64,000 nt of DNA from Centroscyllium fabricii (Eukaryota), in assembly GCA_051313645.2 (NCBI GenBank), contig JBNRSN020000026.1:32922001-32986000 (forward strand), in the 5' to 3' direction. The notes beneath the pieces were generated by a model. That model was not told where the DNA came from and did not search any database. It saw only the letters and a program-made list of their open reading frames with translations. Of the stretch, positions 49,991 to 62,842 are shown in pieces; position 1 is the stretch's first letter; each line of letters starts with the position of its first letter. The translations under genes and the position numbers were made by a program.

Positions 49991-50365
49991 CATTGAATTT
50001 TTCCTTATTTATCCAAGGGTTGGGGCAGGACCTCCATTTCCATCATGATCCTGGCCCAGTTTCCTGTGCAAGGGTTTATTAAGTATGCAGCGCAGACTCC
50101 TGGTGGGCTCCCCATCAGCAAAAGTGAACCCACTGAAAAGTCAGGTGGTAGTTTGGTAGGACTGCTGCGACAGCACCGTACGAGCTGAAGTCCAGCTCAA
50201 ACCCCAAGTCACACACCATCCTGACTTGTAAATATATTGCCGTTCCTTCATCGTCGCTGGGTCAAAAATCCTAGAATTCCCTCCCTAAAAGCACTGTGGG
50301 AGTACCTTCACCACACGGACTGCAGCGGTTCAAGGCGGCGGCTCACCACCACCTTCTCAAAGACA

Positions 50366-50579
50366 TGATGTGGAGATGCCGGTGCTGGACTGGGGTGGAC
50401 AAATGTAAGAAGTCACACACCACCAGGTTATAGTCCAACAGCTTTATTTGAAATCACAAGTGTTTGGAGTGCTGCTCCTTCGCTGCTGACTGCACCTGAC
50501 GAAGGAGCAGCGCTCCGAAAGCTTGTGATTTCAAATAAAGCTGTTGGACTATAACATGGTGTTGTGTGACTTCTTACAT
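50366..50579. mobile_element. Penelope-like palindromic insertion in a LINE 3' UTR
   Basis: Inverted arms; motif CTGACGAAGGAGCAGCGCTCCGAAAGCTT; 12-bp TSD TTCTCAAAGACA (50354-50365 and 50580-50591). Confidence 0.85.
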
Positions 50580-51328
50580 TTCTCAAAGACAATTAGGGAT
50601 GGGCAATAAATGCTGGCCTTTCCAGCGACGCCCACATCCCATGAACAAATATTTTTTAATAAGGGCCCCAAAGATCAGGTCAACTTTCACGTCTAAACCA
50701 AGGCAAAATAAAGGTAAGGTTTAGGAACCTGACGGGAGAGAGGGGTGCCTAGTACTCGGCCGTTTTCCTTCAAAAAGTGGCATCAATGGGCCTTCTGCAG
50801 CTGCCTCAGATTACCATCACTTATCTCCTGCAAGTGTCTGGGGCAACAGTGGAAGGCAGGGAAACTGTGCAGCTTGCTAGACCCCACCTTCCCACTGTCA
50901 TTTACACAAGTAACAGGCAGGGAAGGTGTGACTGACAGCGTTGCAGCTGGTGTGGGGTGGAAAAAAAGCGAGCAGGAACACATTAGCAGGCTTCGCCACC
51001 CAATTTCCTGTTTTCCAGGCAATAGAGGTAAATTCAATAGAAACACAGCCCAACCTCTGGGAACTAAAGTCACATGCCCAAGTTTTTGTCTGGGAAATGG
51101 CACATAGTCTGGGTTAACCTAAAGGACAGGAGAAACAAAATAACAATAAACTTAATGAGAGGTAGAATGCAAGTATTAAAAGCATGCTGTGTAAAATATC
51201 CTGTTCACAGCTACAAGCACGCCTCTAATCTGTTATAGTACACATGCTTTCTTGCAGTCTACAATTTTGAAACATCATTGTTTGCTGAATCATACCAATC
51301 AAATTTTACTGAAATGTGAATTTTCTTA

Positions 51329-51481
<153 letters not shown>

Positions 51482-51804
51482 CTACAAAAAGTACACGGTT
51501 CACATTCTGGTTAGAAATGATATTGCCAGCATTTATTGGCCTTACTGGTTTCTGTTAGAAATATTCCAATTTTTTTTTTTTTTTAGGAGACAAATTCCTG
51601 AATTAATGAATTTCAATTGAGGGAACTCCTTTTCTTTGATCAAAAGGGTGTTCAAAATCCAGCCCAGAATGATGGGAAGACTGAATTTATTTGCCCAATT
51701 AAGGGTTCCATATCAAATGAGTTGAAACAGTCACACATCAACTCAAAACAGATCCACATTTACAATACAAAACTGTTCATAAATTGGCATCTTCACTTGA
51801 AAAA

Positions 51805-53045
51805 ACTACAATGAAGGCTCGGAAATAGAAAAAGAATTCCCACCGATGTACGGCAATGGGTAAATGATAAAAGCAGTCAAAGGAAGGGTGGGGCTTATTA
51901 GGGACCAAAAAGGAGATCTTCTTGTGGCGGCAGAAAGCATGGCTGAGGTACTAAATGAGTACTTTGCATCTATCTGCACGAGAGAAGAGGATGCTGCCAA
52001 TGTAGTAGTAAAGGAAGAAGCAGAAGAGATATTGGATAGGATAAAAATAGATTAAAAAAGGGGGTACTTAAAAGGTTGGCAGTCCGCAAAGCAGAATAGT
52101 CACCCGGTCGGGATGGGATGCATCCTAGGGTACAGAGGAAAGTAATGGTGGAAATTCCAGAGGCTTTGGCCATAGTCTGCTAATCCTCCTTTGATATGGG
52201 GATGGTATCAGAGGACTGGACGATTGCAAATGTTACACCCCTGTCTGAAGAAGAGGAGGGGGGTAAACCTGGCAGCTATAGGTCAGTCAGCCGAACATCG
52301 GTCATGGGGAAACTTTTAGAGATAATGGCCTGGATATTTACAGGGGTGGGCTACACTGGCGGGGCTGCGGATTTTCAGATGGGAAACCCAGAAGTTCAGA
52401 TTTTCCAGCTTGCTGTGGCGACCCTGGGGGCCTTTATTTGTGGGGTGGGGTCGGATGAGGGGAGAGCTTGGGGGGCTGGGGGAAGCACTCCTGCTCCTCC
52501 TGGCCCACAAGCAGTGCGGTGAAGACACTTACATAAGAAGTAGGAGCAGGAGTAGGCCATACGGCCCTGCTCCGCCATTTAATAGGATCATGGCTGATCC
52601 GAACTTAGACTCACGTCCACTTCATTGCCCGTTCCCCGTAACCCCTTATTCCCTTATCAGCTAGGAAACTGTCCATCTCCATTTTAAATCTATTTAAAGT
52701 TGCAGCCTCCACAACTCTCTGAGGCAGCAAATTCCATTGACTCCACCCTCTGAGTGAAGAAGCTCCTCCTCATCTCAGTTTTGAACGGGCAGCCCTTATT
52801 CTCAGATTATGCCCCCAGTTCTAGTTTCACCCATCAGTGGAAACATCCTCACCGCATCCACCCGATCAAGCCCCCTCACAATCTTATATGTTTCGATATG
52901 ACTGCCTCTTATTCTTCTGAATTCCAATGAGTAGAGGCCCAACCTACTCAACCTTTCCTCATAAGTCAACCCCCTCATCTCCGGAGTCAACAGAGTGAAC
53001 CTTCTCTGAACTGCCTCGAGAGCAAGTATATCTTTTCTTAAATGT
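51805..53045. mobile_element. CR1 fragments (+ 51805-52325; - 52530-53045)
   Basis: MAEVLNEYFASI, EDWTIANVTPL; minus-strand YEERLSRLGLYSLE and tail. Confidence 0.82.
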
Positions 53046-53046
53046 G

Positions 53047-53888
53047 GAAACCGGCAACTTCAGTCGTCCGGCCCAAATTGCCCCGACTGCCCTGCGCAAA
53101 ATGGCCGCCGCGATCGAGGCTTCGGCGAATGATCTGCGCATGTGCTCGCTGTTCGGCGACGCATGCGATCATTCGCCGAAGCCTCGATCGCGGCGGCCAT
53201 TTTGCGCATACGCAGGGCGACGGACAGGAGAGGACAGGCGAGAGAGAGGAGCAGAGCCCACTCCAGCCTTTGATCCTGGCACATTCACACTCACCGTCCC
53301 GATGGCTTCAGGAGACGCCGACCCCATGGAAGGCAGCAGCGACTCGGACTCGGGAGGCCGAGAGCTCCGGTGCCTCAGAGTCGCTGGGAGACGAGGAGGA
53401 GGCCTTCTCTGACCTGTCGGATGAGGAGCAGATGCTCAACCGCGCTTGAAACGGGGACAGGTCCCGCCTGGCTGGCCTTGATTGGGTGGTGGCAGGGGGG
53501 GGGGGGGGGGGGGGGGAGTGTGCCGGGGTGGCAGGAGGTTTGTGATTGGTGGAATAGCCTGTCAATCCCGTGGCTGGGGGGGTAAAGGAGGCTTGTGATT
53601 GGTGGAGCAGCTCGTCAATCCTGCGGCTTAGGGTGATAGGAGGTTTGTGATTGGTGGAGAGGCCTGGCAATCCCGTGGTTGGGGGGGGAACAGTAGGCTT
53701 ATGATTGGTGAAGCAGCCTGTCAATCCTGTGGCAAGGAGAGGGAGGCGATTTTGTGATTGCAATGTTATGCGCATGCGTGCGGCCATTTTGAATGGCACG
53801 CGCACTGGCCAGCTTCATTCTTCCGTTTTTTTCGCTATACCGGCCCGGGCCTAGTCCCGCCCATGCCGATATAATGGTGCTCAACCTG
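53047..53888. mobile_element. Long type A MITE, left TIR missing; ~42-bp CCAAT-containing tandem repeats
   Basis: Right TIR GGTGCTCAACCTG-TA; repeated tgtgattggtgga...tcaatcc at ~53480-53760. Confidence 0.8.
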
Positions 53889-53961
53889 TATTTTGACGTG
53901 CAATGCAGAATGTGTAAAGAAACCCAATGTGTATTAAAAAAAATAATGAATTTTCAAATAC

Positions 53962-54098
53962 CAGTCTGTATTGCTGTAGTGTCTGGGCTTCTCGTTGTAA
54001 CCAACTCTCCACTGATGTCCGTTTTTGTTGTAAGCTTTGCTCTCGTAAGATACGGTTCTGGTCTTGTGGACTGAGCTGTGCAAGCTGGGCAAGCTGAG
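53962..54098 (-). CDS. stat5: STAT5 coiled-coil domain exon
   Basis: (A)[45 protein letters not shown]; 137 nt. Confidence 0.96.
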
Positions 54099-54191
54099 CT
54101 AAAAAATAATAATTTCACATCACTGTCAAATGGAAATAAATGGGAGTTAAAATGACATATTCCAACAGTTTACTATATTCAAATCAAACTA

Positions 54192-54562
54192 CAGGTTGAG
54201 CACCGGTAATCCAGCACCCTCGGGACCAGGCCAGTGCCGGACCACTGAAAATTCCGAACCACTGAAGGTTCGGGTAGAACGCGCGGGTAGAACACTCCCC
54301 GGGGCATGGAGCGCGCGGGTAGAACTTTCCCCGAGGCCCGGGTAGAACACTCCCCGGGAGGGAGCCCGTGGATAGAACATGTACAAGCCTTAACAAAACA
54401 GAAACCCAAATGCCCGATGCCTTCGGCGCTCGCCCACCCTTCGCGGGAAACAATGGCGCTGCCAAGCAGCTGCTCCGCAAACCGAAGACCGCCGGTTTCG
54501 ATTCGTGCCAGACCACTGAACGTGCCGGACCATCGGGTGCCGGATTACCGGTGCTCAACCTG
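54192..54562. mobile_element. Tigger/pogo-like MITE (type B)
   Basis: Perfect TIRs CAGGTTGAGCACCGGTAATCC; TA TSD; GGGTAGAAC subrepeats. Confidence 0.9.
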
Positions 54563-55686
54563 TATCAAAATACATTTTGCTCATTTTACCAACAGCACCA
54601 TCCACTTTCCATCTGTGCACAGATGAAGAGGTAATTTTCTGAGCATGCACTGGTGGCCATCAAAACATTGCAAGGATGTTGCCTGTGACGATTTTATGAT
54701 ACATGCTGGAACAGGTAAGGCTCCCTGCACCTGGTGTGTACTCGGAAAATTATGCCCCCTCTCCACCGCCCACAAGTCAAAACCATCAAGAAATTAAGTA
54801 GCAAACCAACTAATATCATGGTTGATATATCCGAGTTATGTATTCTAAAAATGTTAAAATTCATATGCTACATCCAGTACTCTATAAAATCCCTGTGATA
54901 CAGTTTAGAAACTTCAACACACCAACTACATTTTGGCAGGAAGAATAAGGAAAGAAAATATGGATTAATTGGTGAAACTTTAAAAAAAAATTAGAAGAGC
55001 AGAGAACATTAGTATTTCAAATAAACAAAGTTTTCGATGAGGGGAGTTGATAAAGCTATAAATAAAAGCTGACTGGATCCTAGGTTTTATAAATAGGAGC
55101 AGAGTGCAATAGCAAGAGGTAATGTTAAAGCAACAGAAATCATTGGCTGGGCTGTAGTTCGAATGCTGTGTCCTGCTGTGGCCACTATGTGAAGGGCAAT
55201 GGAGAGGGTGCAGAAGAGATTTATTAAGATATTACATGATGGTGAAAGGCTTTAGTTATGCAAAGAGACTACAGAAACTGGGCCAATTTTCAGCAGAACA
55301 AAAGGTGGTTCAGAGGCTATCTAATAAAATTATATGGCGATTTGACAAGATAGAGATGAAAACTGTTTCCACTGGTCGATAAGTAAGTGATATTTGAGTC
55401 ATACAGCACAGAGAGGCGCCCTTCGGCCCATCGCGTCCACGCCGGCCATTGAGCCCTATCTATTCTAATCCCATTTTCCTGCATTTGGTCCGTAGCCTTG
55501 TATGCTATGGCATTTCAACATAGAAAACATAGAAAATAGGAGCAGGAGTAGGCCATTTGGCCCCTCGAGCCTGCTCCGCCATTCGATGAGATCATGGCTG
55601 ATCATCCAAACTCAGTACCCCATACCTGCCTTCTCCCCATATCCCTTGATCCCTTTAGCTCTAATAAATATCTAACTTCTTGAATA

Positions 55687-56183
55687 CAGGTTGAGCACCG
55701 GTAATCCGTTAACCAGAAAGCCAGCAGCTTCAGTCATCCGGCATAAATTGCCCCGACTGCCCTGCGCATGCGCAAAATGGCCGCCACGATTGATGCTTCG
55801 GCGAAAGATCTGCGCACGCGTCGCCGAACGGCGAGCGCAAGCGCAGATCATTCGCGATGGTCTCCCTGAGCCGATTGCGGGCCGGCCCGGGGGTGTCCGA
55901 GCCAATCGCGGGTCGGGTCTCTCCGAGCCAATTGCAGGCCGACTCTCTCAGAGTCTCTCCGAGCCAATCGCGGGCTGGGCCTCTCCCAAGTCTCTCCAAG
56001 CCGATCGCGGGCCGGGCCTCCCCGAACGATAAGCGCATACCACTTAAAATGGCCGCCGGCATTTCACAGTGGCCATTTTGAATGGTCTGCGCATGCGCTC
56101 GCCGAAACTTCAATCGTTCGGGATTTTCACTTTCCCGGCACGGGCCTGGTCCTGCCCTTGCCAGATTAACGGTGCTCAACCTG
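55687..56183. mobile_element. Tigger/pogo-like MITE (type A) inside a CR1 3' fragment (~55520-56470, minus)
   Basis: TIRs; TA TSD; GAGCCAATCGCGGG subrepeats. Confidence 0.9.
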
Positions 56184-56934
56184 TATATGTAATGACTTGG
56201 CCTCCACTACATTTTGTGGTAGAGAATTCCACAGGTTCACCACTCTCTGGGTGAAGAAATTCCTCCTCATCTCTGTCCTAATTGGCTTATCCCTTATCCT
56301 TAGACTGTGACCCCTGGTTCTGGACTCTCCCACCATCGGGAACATCCTTCCTGCATCTAGTTTGTCCAGTCCTGTCAGAATTTTATAAGTTTCGACGAGA
56401 TCCCCTTTCATTCTTCTAAACTCCAGCGAGTATAAGCCCAATCGACCCAATCTCTCCTCATACGTCATTCAACAGTGCTCATCTAAATGCTTCTTGAATG
56501 TTGTGAAGGTTCCGGCCTCAACCACCCTTTCAGGCATTATTAGTCAGCAACAGGTCAAAGAATCAGGAATTTTTGATCACTTTCGATCACTCCACTGATC
56601 ACTTTGCTTCACTGTAGAAAATGGGTTGCTTGCTTAGCCTCCTGTACTATGCCATACATCAGTATTTTTTGGTGGCAGGCGAGCCAGGTACAACAGTAAA
56701 AATTCTCTGTTGGAAAGAAACGCCAGAGTTCATCTGGAAATTACACCGTACCACGGTAGTCAGATTTGAATTTGTTTCTTGTATTAAAACACGTATGCTG
56801 AATGGAAACTAGACTTTATCAGCTCATTTTCTTCCCCTTATTTTCAGCTTCTGCTGAACGGACACAAGATAGTGTGCACAAAATTGATCACTTAGTCTAC
56901 TCTTCACCCGAGCGTCTTCTGAGGTGGCAAATTG

Positions 56935-58075
56935 CTGAAAATTGCTACAATTGTACAGGGGCTTGGTGAGACCACACCTTGGGTACTGTGCACCGTTTTG
57001 GTCTCCTTATCGAAGGAAGGATATACTTGCCTTGGAGGCGGTGCAACAAAGGTTGACTAGATTGATTCATGGGATGAGAGGGCTGTCCTGTGATGAGAGA
57101 TTGTGTAGACTGGGCCTATACCTGCTGGAGTTTAGATGAGAGGTGATCTCATTGAAACATACACGATTCTGAAGGGGATTGACAGGGTAGATGCGGAGAG
57201 GTTGTTTACCCCTGGCTGGAGTGTTTTGAACTAGGGGGCATAGTCTCAGGATAAGGGGTCGGCCATGTAAGACCAAGATGAAGAGGAATTTCTTCACTCA
57301 GAGGATTTTCTTCCATACAGAGCCTGCTCCGCCATTCAATAAGATCACGGCTGATCATCGACCTCAACTCCACTTTCCCACCCGATCTCCATATCCCTTG
57401 ATTCCCCCTAGAATTCAAAAGTCAATCTATTTCAACCTTGAATATACTCAAAGACTCAGCATTTACAGCCCTCTGGGGCAGAGAATTCTAAAGATTCACA
57501 ACCCTCTGAGTGAAGAAATTCCTTCTCATCTCGGTCTTAAATGGCCGACCCCTTATCCTGAGACTATGCCCCTGCCCCCCCCCCCCCCTCGGGAGCGGCA
57601 AGTCTTTGTATCGTTGTATTGTACTAGTACTCTGCAATGAAAATAACACTTGAATTGAATTGAATCTAGTCAACCTTTGTTGCGCTGCCTCCAAGGCAAG
57701 TATATCCTTCCTTGGATAAGAACATAAGAAATAGGAGCAGGAGTAGGCCAATCGGCCCTTCGAGCCTGCTCCACCATTCAACAAGATCATGGCTGATCTG
57801 ATCCTAACCTCAATTTTATTTTTACTCTCCATCCCGCCCAAACCCATGTGATCACCCGGGAGAGGCGAAAAACCAGAAAAAACCCAGTGGCCAATTTGGG
57901 AGAAAAAAATCTGGTTAATTCCTCTCCGATCCATCTAGGCAATCGAAAACTGGTCCAGGAGATCACATGGCCGATCTGAACCTAGCCTCACGTCCACTTA
58001 CCTGCCCGCTCACCATAATCCCTAATTAGTTTTACTTCCAGGAAACTGTCTATCTCTGTTTTAAATTTCTTATGT
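56935..58075. mobile_element. Cluster of CR1 3' fragments in mixed orientation
   Basis: + strand LVRPHLGYC...FFTQR; then minus-strand tails at 57320-57570, 57660-57715 and 57716-58075. Confidence 0.8.
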
Positions 58076-58284
58076 TCTTAAAACGTGAAAAATGTGCTAC
58101 AATATACACACATCTAGCAGCTTATTTAATATTTAACATGGAGCAGTACACATACTTAATGACTAAAGTTTTATAAACCTAAGTTTCTTTGAAAGTACAG
58201 AATTTTAAAGTGAAACGATTAGACTAAACTTCATTAGAGAAAAAATGAAGTCACAAAATTCTGTTAATGAAAAATCGCAGTTAC

Positions 58285-58456
58285 CTTGTATGCGTAGACT
58301 TTCTTGATATTGAATGATAAAATATTCTTGGGTATGTTGTAGCTTTCTTAGTTCATTCTCGGTGTCTTGAGTCATTAGTCTTAGTTCCTCAATTGTCTGG
58401 TTTATTTGAAGGTGTTTCTGAGACATGGAATCCAGCAAACCTACTGGTGAACTTGG
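58285..58456 (-). CDS. stat5: STAT5 coiled-coil start exon
   Basis: [57 protein letters not shown]; 172 nt. Confidence 0.96.
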
Positions 58457-58728
58457 CTACATTTAAAAAGAATCATTAATGTTATGAGCTCACTGGTGCT
58501 AGTACAGCAGTTGTATTGCAGAGAACCATGTTCTGCCATCAACTCACTTGCTTTTTATCAACTAATCCCAGGACAAGAATTAAAAGCAAAATGTTTAGAG
58601 GATTTTCAACATCTGGTATTATTGCCCTTAACTGGATCAAGTTTTCTCCAGATGTGGCCAAATCAATTGCAGAGAAAGTACATCATTTTTCTGTCCCCTG
58701 AATGTGATATTCAGGAGGAAACTAATTA

Positions 58729-59052
58729 CAGGTTGAGCACCGGTAATCCGGCACCAGGCCAGTGCTGGACCACTGAAGGTTCAGGTAGAATGTGCGGGTA
58801 GAACACTCCCCGGGGCCCAGAGCGCGCAGGTGGAACACTCCCCGGGAGGGAGCCCGGGGATAGAACACTTACAAGCTTTAAAAAAAACAGAAACCCAAAT
58901 GCCCGACGCCTTCGGCGCTCGCCCACCATTTCGTGGGAAAAGGTGGCGCCGCCGAGCGGCTGCTCCGCAAACCGAAGAGAACCGGTTTCGATTCGTGCCG
59001 GACCACTGAAGGTGCCAGACCATCGGGTGCCGGATTACCGGTGTTCAACTTG
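58729..59052. mobile_element. Tigger/pogo-like MITE (type B)
   Basis: Left TIR intact, right TIR degenerate; homologous to 54192-54562. Confidence 0.85.
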
Positions 59053-60589
59053 CAGTCTTAAGTCTTATTTAGGTACAGCATCTGTTTATAAGGGATACCT
59101 ATTAAGCCTTACAACAAATGAATGACTCAGCCATCAACCTGTCTACAATGGAAATAACCAGTCTACAAAAGCTTTATGAAGGAAGGCAATCTCAAAAAAC
59201 AAAGATTACAGACAGATTTCATTGGATTGCCAAGCTTTTTCCTTCCTCCAGATCTTCTGACTGTCACTGTGTTCCAGTGCCTGAAACACTGCCCTAATCA
59301 TGGACAACACCTTGGATTCTGTACATGGAATAAGCAACATTATTTTAATTGTTGCAGTCACTTACTCAGTATCAATAAATAACTGCTTTATAGGAATGCA
59401 ACCTCCCATTAAAATAAATCAAATAAACTAAAAAGGTAAAGCTTCCAGTGAAGAAGCTCCATTGTGGTAGGACAGCAATACAGACCTTCGCTGTGTGCAA
59501 GTTAGATTAAGTTCATTTTTGTCTAAAGAGAATAAAGCAAGATAAAAGTCCTGCCATGATGTGTGCCACTTCACTTACTTTAATGCATTTGTCTGTATAT
59601 ATGCAAGGATTACAAACAACCAACATTCTTGTTAAATGGCGGAGCAGGCTCGAGAGGCCGATTGGCCTACTCCTGCTCCTATTTCTTATGTTCTTATATT
59701 CACAAATATGCAAGTGTGGCTAGTTGCCATGATTTTTGCAAAGTCAAAATAGACACTCCATTTTATCTAATTTGCTGACAAACGCCATAATTCTACATAT
59801 TCCGAAACCTGATACTAAACAAAGATTACAAATTACTCCTGCTTTTCAAATTGAAAACACAAGTGTTTTATTTTAGGACATTTCATCATAAGTTTACTTT
59901 TATCACAAAGTGTAACTTAGTCCATCAATAAATACTAATTTCATAATACGGAACAATGGAGACAGGATGCTGATGCAGCCAAGGTAAATATGTGAATAAA
60001 AATCATTGCTTCAAGTATCACCTGCAACTCTATAACCTCTTTTTGGAAAAAAAAGAGACAATTTTAATCTTCAAAAGACAATTTCCTCAGATCACCTGCA
60101 ACTCAAACTGCCAGCTACCACCTCTTAGCTTTGATGGTTGCACTCAGTCCTTCATCTAGTATTTTCTTGACCCCTCTGGCCTAGTTTGAACCAAACATCT
60201 CAATTACTAAAGCTGCCTCCAAGAAACTCGGCTTCTTTCTTAGCCGTCTGAAAAGCATAAGTTCATACGGCTTCCACTTCTAGGGAGGCTCCAAAACCTT
60301 TCTTGCATTTCTGAACAAGATAAAGCTCGTTAATGGATTGATGACCCTTCTCTAACCCCAAGATTTTAACCTCTTTTTTGGCAACCTTTCTCTACTTTAT
60401 TAACATTATTGTGATCAGTCTCCTCCAAATGGTCTTCTGTTGTTCCTTCTTAGCTCCAAATATTGAACATGCTCTTCCTCCTCTCTCCATCCCCACTGTA
60501 CTGAAATCAAGACTCATTGCAGACTAAAATTCTCATTCCTTCCCAGGACCTCAGAACGCCCTGCACAGAAACTATTTCTATGTTTCTAT

Positions 60590-61773
60590 GAAACACAGAA
60601 GATAGGAGCAGGAGTCGGCCATTCGAGCCTGATCCGCCATTTTGATGAGATCATGGCTGATCATCCAAACCCAGCACCCCCCTCCTACCCTCTCCCCATA
60701 TCCCCCGACACCCCCAACTCCAAGAACAATGGGCCAGAATTTCCTCTGCTCCAGAGGAGCTGCACACGCACGGAGGGGGGTCCGAAATGCCCCGTGCGTT
60801 CGATGCCCACGAACGGGAATTTCCTCTGCTGAGGGAGAAGGGCCCTCAGATTCAAACGCAGGAGTGAGTTGCACCCAGAATTTGCAATCCAAAAGGGTGA
60901 TTTTTGGAGAGAGATTGTGTGTGCAACTGGCCCACAAGCTGCACCCGGGAAAACCAGTAGTAAACTCGTGCGTGAGGGACAAGATTTAGTTACTAAAGCA
61001 GGTAAGTTAATTTTTTAACTTTAATTTAAATTTTTTACAGTTTTGGGGAGTAATGTGGCCAGATCGGTAGCGTAAATTTTTAAGTTGAAGTTTTAAAATT
61101 TTTTTTACAAATCCGATTTTAAGTTAATTTACCTGTTTCAAATCGCTAATTTTTAAAGTTACATTTCTGAAATTTTTAACTATCTAGCTATTAAAAAATC
61201 AAAGGGAAAAAATGGCAGAGACTTACCTAGCGTTTCTTCCTCTGAGAAGCTGCTCTGCCCGCGCTGCTCCCCGCCGAGTCTGTGAGTGCAGCTCCGCACG
61301 TCCCTGCTCTCACAAAGGTCCGACTCGGGATCTGTGCGCATTTTTAAATTTAAATTAGGGATCTGGGGGCGTTTTTTATTTAAATTTGGGATCTGTGGGC
61401 GGGGCATACACTGCGCACCTAGCGTGGCTGGACTGCCATGCAGCGCAGGAACGGGGAGGAAAGTCAGGGAGCAACTTCTGTGCGATGTTGGTGCGTGCGA
61501 TAGGTGTCCGCAGGGTCCTAGCGCACGCACCAACCTGCAGAGAGGAAATTCTGGCCCTATATCTCACACACATACTCATGGGCAATTTTTACTATCTCCA
61601 ATTCACCTAACCTGCATGTCTTTGGGTGGTGGGAGGAATCCGGAGTACCCGGAGGAAACCCACACGAACACGGGGAGAACATGCAAACTCCACGCAGAGG
61701 TCCCGGGCCAAGCAGGATTCGAACCCAGGAACTCCTTATTGCGAGGTAGCAGTGCTAACCACTGCGCCACCAT
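60590..61773 (-). mobile_element. V-SINE split by a Harbinger-like element
   Basis: Tail part 60590-60727; core and head part 61558-61773. Confidence 0.82.
60731..61557. mobile_element. Harbinger-like non-autonomous element
   Basis: TIR GGGCCAGAATTTCCTCT / AGAGGAAATTCTGGCCC; 3-nt duplication AAT/TAT of the host SINE TAT. Confidence 0.85.
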
Positions 61774-62014
61774 GTCGTCCACACTTCCTCACTCTTCCCT
61801 TCCTTCTACAATTTTCAGGCTTTTAAGCCAATCTTAGGATCAGCAAATCACTACTTTCTAACTGACTCATCTTCTCAATTACTCCCTTGAATCTCGGTAA
61901 GCCTTCACCCTGGTGTCTTAATTCAAAGAAGCTTTTCTGTTACTTCTTCTGCCAGTGATTAAACAGGGCTAAAATGTTATGCAAGAAATTTCTTCTCTCC
62001 AATTTGGTACTTAC

Positions 62015-62104
62015 ATTTGTAGCTTCTCTAATCAGCCTCTGTTCATGGTACAGAATGTGTTTGATTGATCTAACCAGTTCCAGTGGGCAACGGTCATAAG
62101 TATT
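62015..62104 (-). CDS. stat5: STAT5 N-terminal domain exon (first exon visible in the window)
   Basis: [30 protein letters not shown]; 90 nt; AG/GT; upstream coding exons lie beyond 64000. Confidence 0.96.
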
Positions 62105-62842
62105 CTAGAAATAAGAATAAAAGCTATCAAACCATTCAACAAGTGTAACTTATTTTCTAGAACTGAAATCTTTGAAGATAAATGCTCATGAAGCATAAAT
62201 TCACAACACTCAACCTTCTGGACATTAGAAAAATGTACTCAAAACTCAAGTGAGTACTTCATATTTACTCCATGTCCCCTCTTGAAGACAAAGAATCTTG
62301 CCAGCATACAGTTCCAGAGGTGGTGAAGCCCTCCACTACCTCATCCAATGGCCATTAATTAAACTTGAGCTTAAACAGCGAGAGATGGCAGGTCATTTGA
62401 CTGTGGGAGGCAACATACCCGTGTCCCACTCTGTTCCAATCCAACAACTATACTGGCATACTTTCATCAGGGGGCATTGGAGATCGAACACAAGCAGGAA
62501 GTATGACTGATTATTTCCCTCCCTAACCCTAGGGTACTGAAGCAATCTAAATGGTGCTAACTCAGCACAGATCAGAAATCAAAGCTGAATCTTCTGGTTT
62601 ATATGGCTTGGTACTTTATCAACTAGGCCATTGGAGGAACTCAAAGCGGTAAAATTTTTTTTACTGTACTGATGGATCTCCCATGGTGATGTTCCTAGGG
62701 CGGAGAAGGAGGATAGACGAACTGGGGGATTAGTACGAGTGGAACGTGGAAGTTGTAGCTTGTGGGTGAGGCCACATCCCTTGGTCGTGGTTGGTGTAGG
62801 GGCTGGTGATTTGGACGGGAGTCGAGACGCAGGGTGTACAAT

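Noticed and set aside
53280-53449. Acidic peptide ESSGASESLGDEEEAFSDLSDEEQM as a transposase or captured exon
   Set aside because: Short, low complexity, no DDE or HTH motif, and no splice support.
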